Source: Candidatus Pacearchaeota archaeon (lineage in GTDB: Archaea > Nanobdellota > Nanobdellia > Pacearchaeales > GW2011-AR1). From it: DNA of 33,820 nt. This document shows, piece after piece, positions 24,419 to 31,813 of the stretch; position 1 is the stretch's first letter, and every line of letters starts with the position of its first letter. The notes under the pieces were generated by a model, which saw only the letters and a list, made by a program, of their open reading frames with translations, did no database searches and was not told where the DNA came from. The DNA is taken from positions 1 to 33,820 of the forward strand of contig PWGL01000110.1 of assembly GCA_003554465.1 (NCBI GenBank). The letters run 5' to 3'. Made by a program: the position numbers and the translations under genes.

Positions 24419-25189
24419 GGTAAGAATATTTCAAGGAAGGCTTTGGTAATAGTAAGTTTTATTTTTTTAATTATCTTTTTAATTATCTTTACTAATTATT
24501 CAAGAGTTTTTTTATCTCCCAGTCCTTTGGATGAAGGAATAGTTTCATTAACTTTTGATGATGGATTAAAGACACAGTATGAGAATGCTTTTCATTTGAT
24601 GCAAGAATACAATATGACAGGAACATTATATCCTGATATAAGGAGAGTAAAAGCAGATTCGTGGGGTGGAAGAAAAACAGTAAGTATAGAGAATGTTATG
24701 GAGATGTATGAATCAGGTTGGGAAATTGGATCTCACTCAGTTAATCATAAAAGGTTAGATGAGTTGGAAAAAGAAGAATTGAAATATGAATTAGAATATC
24801 CCGTGGAGTTTTTTAAAGGATATGGGATAAATGTTTCTACATTGGCTTATCCTTATGGTTATTATGATGAAAAAGTTTTGGAAGAAGCCAGGAATTTCTA
24901 CATTGCAGGAAGGGTTATAGATGAGAAAGGTAAGGATTTTTATAATTTAAGAGGAGATACCGAATGGCTAACAAAAGACCATTCGGCAGAAGATATTTGT
25001 AAGAAAGTAGAGAGAGCGGATGAAAGAGATGAATGGCTGATACTGCTGTTTCATTCTGTAGAAGAAGAAAAAAGAAGGACATTTGACACTTCAATAGAAG
25101 TTTTACAGGGGATTTTAGAATGTATTGATGATGTAGGTATTGATGTCAAGAATGTAGATGAAGTTGTATTAGGATTAATGGAAGCTTGA
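24416..25189 (+). CDS. Polysaccharide deacetylase (carbohydrate esterase family 4)
   Basis: N-terminal TM anchor, then SLTFDDGL (the TFDDG motif), GSHSVNH (H-x-x-x-H metal motif) and LAYPYG. I set the start at ATG 24416; the track begins at a GTG inside the tandem repeat. Confidence 0.8.
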   Translation: MGKNISRKALVIVSFIFLIIFLIIFTNYSRVFLSPSPLDEGIVSLTFDDGLKTQYENAFHLMQEYNMTGTLYPDIRRVKADSWGGRKTVSIENVMEMYESGWEIGSHSVNHKRLDELEKEELKYELEYPVEFFKGYGINVSTLAYPYGYYDEKVLEEARNFYIAGRVIDEKGKDFYNLRGDTEWLTKDHSAEDICKKVERADERDEWLILLFHSVEEEKRRTFDTSIEVLQGILECIDDVGIDVKNVDEVVLGLMEA

Positions 25190-25194
25190 TTTCT

Positions 25195-25419
25195 TTATTT
25201 TTTGTTTTTTATAAATTGTAAATGAAAAATTTCTATTGGCATACCTTCTCCAAATACAGAGGGCCAAAGAAGTGGGATGTAGTGATGAGAATATACTTCT
25301 CTTATATCAAAAATATTTTTAATATCTGCTAAGTAAATTAAGAGAAAAGCTAAAAAGAGTATAGATAAACCTATAACTAATACATATTGGTATTTTAGTA
25401 TGGGTTTTTTAATTTCCAT
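25195..25419 (-). CDS. Possible small membrane protein, 74 aa
   Basis: One clear hydrophobic helix (YVLVIGLSILFLAFLLIYL). There is no other support. Confidence 0.35.
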   Translation of the reverse strand: MEIKKPILKYQYVLVIGLSILFLAFLLIYLADIKNIFDIREVYSHHYIPLLWPSVFGEGMPIEIFHLQFIKNKK

Positions 25420-25530
25420 ATAAAAGATAAGCCTTGAGTTCTTTTAAATATTTCTAAAATACTATTGATTCACCTAAATGCAATTGTAACAAACTTTTAA
25501 AAACTTCAAAATCTCTACTAATTAGAGAAA

Positions 25531-26538
25531 ATGGCAAAATGTTATAAGTGTGGGCAAGATGAAGAGTCAGAGCTAGTTGATGCTATTCTTCAGGGAAGTG
25601 TAATTAAGATTTGCAAGATTTGCAGTGAAAATGAAAATATTCCTATTATAAGAAAACCTACAACCGGTCAGTTGAAAGATAGTGAGAAGAGAGAAACTGT
25701 TGGTGATAAACTTAAGAAAGTTTCTAAAAGTAAGGAAAATGAAAATGTTGAAGAAATAGGTAGTGGTAAAGCTAGCACTTTGAATAAAATAAGGGAGAGG
25801 GAGAAAGAAAAAAGAAAAATTAGTGAAAATAGGGGAAAAAGTTTGAATTTAGCAGATAATTACCATTGGCATATTTCAAAGGCAAGAAGAGATAAGAGGT
25901 TATCTAGAAGACAGTTGGCTAGTGAAATTGGTGAGTCAGAGGCCGCATTAAAAATGGTTGAGAATAAAGAGTTACCTGAGGAAGCTCTAGTATTAATTAG
26001 AAAGTTAGAACAATATTTAGGGGTTGAGCTGAGAGAAGAGACAGAGGAAGAGAAGAAAAAGAGGGTGGAAGAAGTTGAGAGAAGGAAAAAAATAAGGGCG
26101 AGTATGAAAGAATTGGGTGTTGAGAAAGGGGAGAAAAAAGGGGAGAAAAAAGAAAAAGCAAAATTGAAAGATGAGAAAGGAGAAATAAAGATAGATAGAG
26201 ATGTGGCAAAAAATTTGACAATAGATGACTTGAGGAATATGCGGAAGGAAATGAAATTAGAGAAAAAAGATAATAATGAAGAGGTAAAGGGTGAAGAGAA
26301 GGAAGATGCGGAAAATTTAATAGAACAGGTTGAGAAAGATAAGAGGAAGAGGGAGGAAGAGAGAGTAATGAGGGCTAGAGAGTTACAAAAGGAACAACTG
26401 GAAGGATATGAAGATACTAATCAAAGTTCTGAAAAAAGTGAAGAGAGCGAAAATGATGATTTCGAGAAAGGAGAAAAAGAAAGAAAAGAGGAAAATGATG
26501 ACGATGAAGGGATGTTGGGAGAGGTAGAATTGGAATAA
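25531..26538 (+). CDS. aMBF1-like protein: N-terminal zinc ribbon, XRE-type HTH and a ~160-aa K/E-rich tail
   Basis: CYKCG...CKICS zinc ribbon; ISKARRDKRLSRRQLASEIGESEAALKMVENKELP HTH; the remainder is low-complexity K/E/D sequence. Confidence 0.6.
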   Translation: MAKCYKCGQDEESELVDAILQGSVIKICKICSENENIPIIRKPTTGQLKDSEKRETVGDKLKKVSKSKENENVEEIGSGKASTLNKIREREKEKRKISENRGKSLNLADNYHWHISKARRDKRLSRRQLASEIGESEAALKMVENKELPEEALVLIRKLEQYLGVELREETEEEKKKRVEEVERRKKIRASMKELGVEKGEKKGEKKEKAKLKDEKGEIKIDRDVAKNLTIDDLRNMRKEMKLEKKDNNEEVKGEEKEDAENLIEQVEKDKRKREEERVMRARELQKEQLEGYEDTNQSSEKSEESENDDFEKGEKERKEENDDDEGMLGEVELE

Positions 26539-26563
26539 TAAGCTTTAAAAACCCAATAAAATT

Positions 26564-26845
26564 ATGAGTAGTAAGATGAAAATAGAATATTTAAAGAAAG
26601 AAGACAAGGAAGCTGAAATAATGTTGAATAACTTAACTATAGCAGAAATTTTAAGAGTTTATCTAAATAAGGATGATAATGTAGATTTTGCTGCATGGAG
26701 GAGAGAACACCCTACGAAAGATCCAGTATTAAAGATAAAGACAGGTAAGGACAGAAATGTAGATAAAGCTGTAGAGATGGCGGCAAATCAGATAGAGCAA
26801 GAGGCAGATAGTTTTGTTAAGGATTTTAAAAAGTCCGTAAAGTAA
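26564..26845 (+). CDS. rpoL: DNA-directed RNA polymerase subunit L (Rpo11)
   Basis: MKIEYLKKEDKEAEIMLNNLTIAEILRVYLNKDDNVDFAAWRREHPTKDPVLKIKT matches the RpoL/Rpb11 pattern. The true start may be the internal ATG at 26576. Confidence 0.7.
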   Translation: MSSKMKIEYLKKEDKEAEIMLNNLTIAEILRVYLNKDDNVDFAAWRREHPTKDPVLKIKTGKDRNVDKAVEMAANQIEQEADSFVKDFKKSVK

Positions 26846-26858
26846 TTATTTTTCTAAA

Positions 26859-27431
26859 ATGGTTAAACTTACGAAAGAAGATGGAAAGGAACTTTTGAAT
26901 TTAGCAAGAGAGGTTATAACTAAAAATTTTTCCGGAGAGGAAGCGAATATACCTAAAAATAACAAATTCGATTTCAAAAAAGGTGTTTTTGTAACTTTGA
27001 AAAAAAATAATGAGTTGAGAGGTTGTGTGGGTTTACCTTATCCTATCTTACCTTTGAAGAAGGCAATAGTTAAGGCAGCAAGGTCTGCAGCTTTTGAAGA
27101 CCCTAGATTTCAGGATGTTAAAAAGGAAGAACTGAAAGAAATTTCTATAGAAATTTCTACCTTAGAAATACCAAAAGAATGTAAGTCTGATGATATAGAA
27201 ATAGGTAAAGATGGTTTAATTTGTAATTTTAGAGGTCAGACCGGGTTATTGCTTCCACAAGTGGCTGAAGAGCAAGATATGAGTAGGGAGCAGTTTTTAG
27301 AGGCAATTTGTGGCAAGGCCGGCCTTCCTAAAGATACATGGGAGGAGCCAGATTTTAAGTTATGGAAATTCCAGTGTCAAATTTTTTCTGAAAATGAAAA
27401 AAACCCCCATAAAAATGACAAAGATAAATGA
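26859..27431 (+). CDS. AMMECR1-domain protein
   Basis: GVFVTLKKNNELRGCVG and AAFEDPRF are AMMECR1 signatures. Confidence 0.8.
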   Translation: MVKLTKEDGKELLNLAREVITKNFSGEEANIPKNNKFDFKKGVFVTLKKNNELRGCVGLPYPILPLKKAIVKAARSAAFEDPRFQDVKKEELKEISIEISTLEIPKECKSDDIEIGKDGLICNFRGQTGLLLPQVAEEQDMSREQFLEAICGKAGLPKDTWEEPDFKLWKFQCQIFSENEKNPHKNDKDK

Positions 27432-27463
27432 TAAAATTATTATATAGTATAGACCATAAATAT

Positions 27464-27473
27464 TTTTAAATAA
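27464..27473 (+). promoter_or_regulatory. TATA-box-like element for the 107-aa ORF (leaderless geometry)
   Basis: TTTTTAAATA is centred about 25 nt upstream of ATG 27494. Confidence 0.3.
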
Positions 27474-27493
27474 CCTTTTCTTATAGTTTTATT

Positions 27494-27817
27494 ATGGTAT
27501 CGAGGGATTCAGCCAGTCAAGATTCAGCCTATCAGGGTTCAGTTGTCGGAAATCCAGCAGGATTAGATAGGTCCGAAGTGAGCCATTATTTTGACGGAGA
27601 ATTGGATGGTGGATGGGTTTATGGCCAGATAGGATTTAGGGAAGATAAAGATAATCATGATGGAAGGCCCGTGGTCGTTCCTGTAGATGGTATGCATCTT
27701 GAAAATTCTAACGGTCAGCTATTACCAGATCAAATATCTTTAGTAGGTGCTTTATCTAATAAGAAAGCAAGAGAATCTGGAAGTAGAACCTCTATTTCTC
27801 AACTAGACTATTTATAA
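27494..27817 (+). CDS. Hypothetical protein, 107 aa, compositionally atypical
   Basis: Open frame with its own TATA-like element. It is Gly/Ser/Asp/Val-rich with only 3 Lys. I recognise no motif. Confidence 0.5.
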   Translation: MVSRDSASQDSAYQGSVVGNPAGLDRSEVSHYFDGELDGGWVYGQIGFREDKDNHDGRPVVVPVDGMHLENSNGQLLPDQISLVGALSNKKARESGSRTSISQLDYL

Positions 27818-27863
27818 TTTTCTTTTGGCCATTAGTTTTATTAATACATTCTTCTAATGTACT

Positions 27864-28697
27864 ATGATGGTTAAAAAAGATAGTGGTCAATATGAGAAAA
27901 ATAGGAAAAATAAGAATTATAACAATTATAAAAGTGGAAGAAAGTATATGAAATATGACAGGGGAAAGATTTCTTCTGGTTCTTATGATTTAAATAAATG
28001 GTTTTTTGGTGGTTATGAGAAAGGTGTAATCTCTACTCTTTATGGCCCAGCAGGTTCTGGAAAAACGAATTTTTGTATTTTGGCTGCAGTTAGCCAGGCA
28101 AAAAAAGGTCATAAAGTTATTTATATTGATACAGAAGGAGGGTTCTCTTCAGAAAGAGTCAAACAAATATTAGGTGATGATGATAAATTAGATAAAGTTC
28201 TAGAAAATATAATTTTGTTAAAGGCAACATCTTTTGAAGAGCAGAAGAAAATTTTTAGGAATTTGGAAAAAAGATTGAAGAGAAATGCGAATTTAGTTAT
28301 TGTCGATGGTATGACTATGCTTTATAGGTTAGAGCTTGGAGAGGCTAGAAGAATTAATAAGGAGGAAGTTAGCAATATTAATAAAGAGCTGGTTAGGCAA
28401 ATGAAAATTCTAGCATATCTAGCCAGGAACAATGATATTTCTGTTTTAGCTACAAACCAGGTTTATAAAAATTTTTTATATAATGGGGACGAAGATAATA
28501 ACAGAAAAAAATCTTGGGAAAAGGAGTATTGCATGGTGGGGGGAGATATAATGAAATATTGGAGTAAATGCATAATAGAGTTGAGTATTATGGGTAAAAA
28601 TAGGAAGGCAAGGCTAGTTAAGCATAGAAGTCAGCCTGAGAAAGAGTTAGATTTTTTTATTGTTAAGAGAGGTATTAAGAAAAAAGGGTTTTTCTAA
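27864..28697 (+). CDS. radB: RadB-type (RadA/RecA-family) recombinase paralogue with an N/K-rich N-terminal extension
   Basis: ISSGSYDLNKWFFGGYEKGVISTLYGPAGSGKTNF (Walker A), YIDTEGGFSSERVKQI and LVIVDGM (Walker B). Confidence 0.75.
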   Translation: MMVKKDSGQYEKNRKNKNYNNYKSGRKYMKYDRGKISSGSYDLNKWFFGGYEKGVISTLYGPAGSGKTNFCILAAVSQAKKGHKVIYIDTEGGFSSERVKQILGDDDKLDKVLENIILLKATSFEEQKKIFRNLEKRLKRNANLVIVDGMTMLYRLELGEARRINKEEVSNINKELVRQMKILAYLARNNDISVLATNQVYKNFLYNGDEDNNRKKSWEKEYCMVGGDIMKYWSKCIIELSIMGKNRKARLVKHRSQPEKELDFFIVKRGIKKKGFF

Positions 28698-28702
28698 GTA
28701 TA

Positions 28703-30052
28703 TCAATTAATTATTTCAAAAGTTTCATTTTGTGTTATTTGTTTTAGGCTTTGTGGCTTCCTGGTTATAGCGATATTACCATCTTCAAGTTTTGAAAATT
28801 CTGGAGCTTGTGTGTGTGAATTATAGTTAAAAGGGGACATAGTTGAGCCATAAGCTCCACAGCCACCTATTACAAGATAGTCACCTATTTTTGGTTCTGC
28901 CATTTTTCTAGGAATTATATTTCCTTTTTCATCTAAAGATTGTGAGTCTCCTGATTCGCAACATCTACCCACAGGGACAAATTTTGTTTCAGGAATCTCT
29001 TCCTGGAAATCTGAGTATAAAATTTTTCCTTCTTGAGAAATAATATAAAAAGGGTGTTTTGAACCATATAGTAATTGTCTAGAATTCAATTCCATACCCC
29101 CGTCCAAAATTAGGAAATTGAAACCATCTTTTCCTGTACTTTTTTTATCTATCACTTTAGTTATGATGTATCCAGAGTTTGCTACTAAATATGTTCCAGG
29201 CTCTACTTCTATTGAAAGTTCTCTCCTAGTCCTATTGTTGAATTCTTGAACTTTTTTATATGCTAAATCTCCTAATTCCTTAACATCTGCAGATTTATCT
29301 TCAGGCATTCTCGCCTCTTTTATTCCTCCTCCAAAATTAACTATACTTACAGGGTGACCTGAAAAGTATTTTTCTATTATAGATAGTAAGACCTCGATAT
29401 TTTCTTTCCATTTCTCTGGATCTCCTCCCGATCCTATGTGGTCATGAACTCTTATGAATGATAACCCTTTCTCCTTTGCGAAATTTAAGACCTGCTCTAA
29501 ATCATTTACGTGGATACCAAAACATGAGTATTTTGATGCAGTATTTCTTGTTATAGATTCTCCCGACCCGACATCTCCTAAAGGATGAACTCTTATAGAA
29601 AGAGGTATTTTATTTCTTGATGAAAATTCTGCTATTTCTTTAAGCTGCTTCATTGAACAAACATTATATTGTAGGCCTTTTAACATCATTTCTTCCAGCT
29701 CTTTTTTCTTTTCTCTTTGGTAAATTTCTTGGGATGTAAGCAATATATTTTGGAGAGGGACCCCAGACATATTTGCTCTTTTTGCCTCATTTAAAGAGCT
29801 GGCATCTATACCTATACCTTTTTTTGTTATCAGATCTACAATATGCCCATTTGAGTTAGCTTTCATAGCAAACCTATACATATTGTTTTTTTGAGCAGTG
29901 CTTTTTATATTAGGAATATCTAAAATTTTTTCACACCTCTTTAGGATAAGAGTGTCGTCATATAAATATGCGGGAGTTTTTATTTTTCCCACCTTAGAAA
30001 TATCTTCGGAAGTTATATTTCCTTTAGGATGCAAAATTTTTCCAGATTCCAT
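28703..30052 (-). CDS. lysA: Diaminopimelate decarboxylase (fold-type III PLP enzyme)
   Basis: FAMKAN (PLP lysine), HDHIGSGG, EPGTYLV, GRCCESGD and GGCGAYG. Its start overlaps the ddh stop (TAATG). Confidence 0.8.
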   Translation of the reverse strand: MESGKILHPKGNITSEDISKVGKIKTPAYLYDDTLILKRCEKILDIPNIKSTAQKNNMYRFAMKANSNGHIVDLITKKGIGIDASSLNEAKRANMSGVPLQNILLTSQEIYQREKKKELEEMMLKGLQYNVCSMKQLKEIAEFSSRNKIPLSIRVHPLGDVGSGESITRNTASKYSCFGIHVNDLEQVLNFAKEKGLSFIRVHDHIGSGGDPEKWKENIEVLLSIIEKYFSGHPVSIVNFGGGIKEARMPEDKSADVKELGDLAYKKVQEFNNRTRRELSIEVEPGTYLVANSGYIITKVIDKKSTGKDGFNFLILDGGMELNSRQLLYGSKHPFYIISQEGKILYSDFQEEIPETKFVPVGRCCESGDSQSLDEKGNIIPRKMAEPKIGDYLVIGGCGAYGSTMSPFNYNSHTQAPEFSKLEDGNIAITRKPQSLKQITQNETFEIIN

Positions 30053-31122
30053 TATGTAAACTCTTTTAATAATTCTTTTCTTGAATAAGGGCTATACTCT
30101 TCTCCAGCAACCATCCACATTGCATAAGCTCCTTTCTTACCTTTTGATCCCATTTTATGGGCAGCTCGTGCACTTGCGGTGAGTATTCCTGCAGTACCTT
30201 CTGGATTACTTTCCCAAATATTCCTATATTCTATTCTTGCAAGATTGCCGCCTTTTGTTTTTGATACTGAAATAACCATTCCGTCATGAGGCATATCTGA
30301 ATATTTTTCATCTAATTGCTCTTGAGAAACAAATTCTACTGTTGTTTCGTAAGGTTTAAAATATCCCGGCATGTCCACAATTTTTTTCTTAATATCTTCT
30401 TTATCATACCCTTCCTTAGCTACAACTATACATTCTCTCCAATGAATTTCTCTGGGGCTTAAGTCAGGGTTTTCCCCTTTCCTAACTCTTTTTATGGCAT
30501 CTTCTTTTGCGTGAGAATACTGTCTGGCATCCTGCACACCCTCAATTTGTCTTATAGCATCGGAGTGGCCCATAGAAAGTCCTCCTTTTTCAGTCAATCC
30601 ATAAAATCCCTGAGGTTTAGATCCTGGTATAAATGCATTTTGTAAAATTCTTTCAAATGAGAAAGTTCCCGGGTCCCATCCTGCAGAAATAATCGAAACA
30701 TTGCTGTTTTCTTTTGCCACATTATTCATATCTTCATAATATTTTGGAATCTCTTTATGGTTATCAAAGCTATCTACTGTGTTAAAATATTTAGCAAATA
30801 ATGGTCCTTGTTCCGGAAGATCTTTTTTTGATCCCCCACATAAAATTGCCACATCAATATCTAAGTTTTGCCAATCTTCAAGATTATTAGCTGAGATAAC
30901 TTTTGGAAAATTATCTTCCTCATAATTTTCTGATTTTTTTAATTCTTCTAAAACAGAGTCAGGTCTTCTTGTAATAATACTATGTAGAACCATATCATTA
31001 TAGATTTCATCATTTTTTTGAATGGCTTTTTCAACACCTTTCCCTATGTTACCATAACCCACTATTGCAATTTTTGTAGGTCTTTCTCTTGGATCTGCAA
31101 TATTCAGAGATTTTTCTTCCAT
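30052..31122 (-). CDS. ddh: meso-Diaminopimelate D-dehydrogenase
   Basis: KIAIVGYGNIGKGVEKAI, DVAILCGGSKKDLPEQGPLFAKYFNTVDSFDNH, SAGWDPGTFS, GLSMGHSDAIRQIEGV and PHDGMVI follow the Corynebacterium Ddh sequence, as I remember it, block for block. Confidence 0.85.
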   Translation of the reverse strand: MEEKSLNIADPRERPTKIAIVGYGNIGKGVEKAIQKNDEIYNDMVLHSIITRRPDSVLEELKKSENYEEDNFPKVISANNLEDWQNLDIDVAILCGGSKKDLPEQGPLFAKYFNTVDSFDNHKEIPKYYEDMNNVAKENSNVSIISAGWDPGTFSFERILQNAFIPGSKPQGFYGLTEKGGLSMGHSDAIRQIEGVQDARQYSHAKEDAIKRVRKGENPDLSPREIHWRECIVVAKEGYDKEDIKKKIVDMPGYFKPYETTVEFVSQEQLDEKYSDMPHDGMVISVSKTKGGNLARIEYRNIWESNPEGTAGILTASARAAHKMGSKGKKGAYAMWMVAGEEYSPYSRKELLKEFT

Positions 31123-31195
31123 ATATTTTTCTAGAAAGACATATTTATAAACATTTTTATTGTTTAAATATAGTTATATTCTCAATGTTCTCTTT

Positions 31196-31756
31196 TTATT
31201 TTATTCCTAATCTGTAAATGCCGGGACCACTGTCTTCATCTCTTCTCTCAAGATATGGTAAAGCATCGCAGACTAAACTCTTGGCATAGCTATTCATTCT
31301 TGCTCTTTCTGAAAACCTTTTAATAGAGAGAGGCGATAGTGGCAATTTTTTAGCTATTAATATCGGAACTTCTTGATTGTTGACAAGATTTGCTAATTCA
31401 GATTCTTCTCTAAATTCATCTTGAGAATCAAATTTTATAAATGGAACATTATTTTGCTTGAATAAGTCGCTTACAGAATCTGTTTCTGCATTCTCTAAAT
31501 TTATACCATATAATCTTCCTGGTCTCCTCTTCATGCCGTCAATAACCATTTGATAATTGTCTGGCCCCATTAAATGAACTTTTCCTCCTATATTTTTTCC
31601 GGCATTATCTCTATCACTAAGTGCTATAGAATTTCCCCTAATTTTTCCCAGCTCATAACCTTCCTCCTGCAATGTATTTAGTACAGATAAAGATATATCA
31701 TTAGGTAGTCCTGACAAGACTATTTTTGGCCGATTTTTAGAGTTTCTTCTTAACAT
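31196..31756 (-). CDS. Hypothetical protein, 186 aa, upstream of ddh-lysA
   Basis: Clear ORF on the same strand. It only weakly resembles a degenerate Rossmann/DapB-like N-terminal domain (KIVLSGLPNDISLSVLNTLQEEGYEL...VPILIAKKLPLSPLSI), has no GxGxxG and lacks the DapB catalytic HH-K-DAPSGTA block. Confidence 0.6.
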   Translation of the reverse strand: MLRRNSKNRPKIVLSGLPNDISLSVLNTLQEEGYELGKIRGNSIALSDRDNAGKNIGGKVHLMGPDNYQMVIDGMKRRPGRLYGINLENAETDSVSDLFKQNNVPFIKFDSQDEFREESELANLVNNQEVPILIAKKLPLSPLSIKRFSERARMNSYAKSLVCDALPYLERRDEDSGPGIYRLGIK

Positions 31757-31813
31757 ATAATAGTTTTGAGAATTAGTATTTATAAATCTTATTATTGTTT
31801 TTGCAATTCTGCA

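Noticed and set aside
27494-27817. Possibility that the relatively GC-rich stretch is a structural RNA (SRP or RNase P RNA) rather than a CDS. CAGGGTTCAGTTGTCGGAAATCCAGCAGG loosely recalls the SRP helix-8 CAGG...GGAA...AGCAG, and CCTATC/GATAGG can pair.
   Set aside because: The bases flanking GGAA do not pair as helix 8 requires. I found no RNase P CR-I/CR-V motifs (GAGGAAAGTCC, ACAGAA). A 107-codon open frame with a TATA-like element at leaderless distance favours a CDS. The region is still worth a covariance-model scan.
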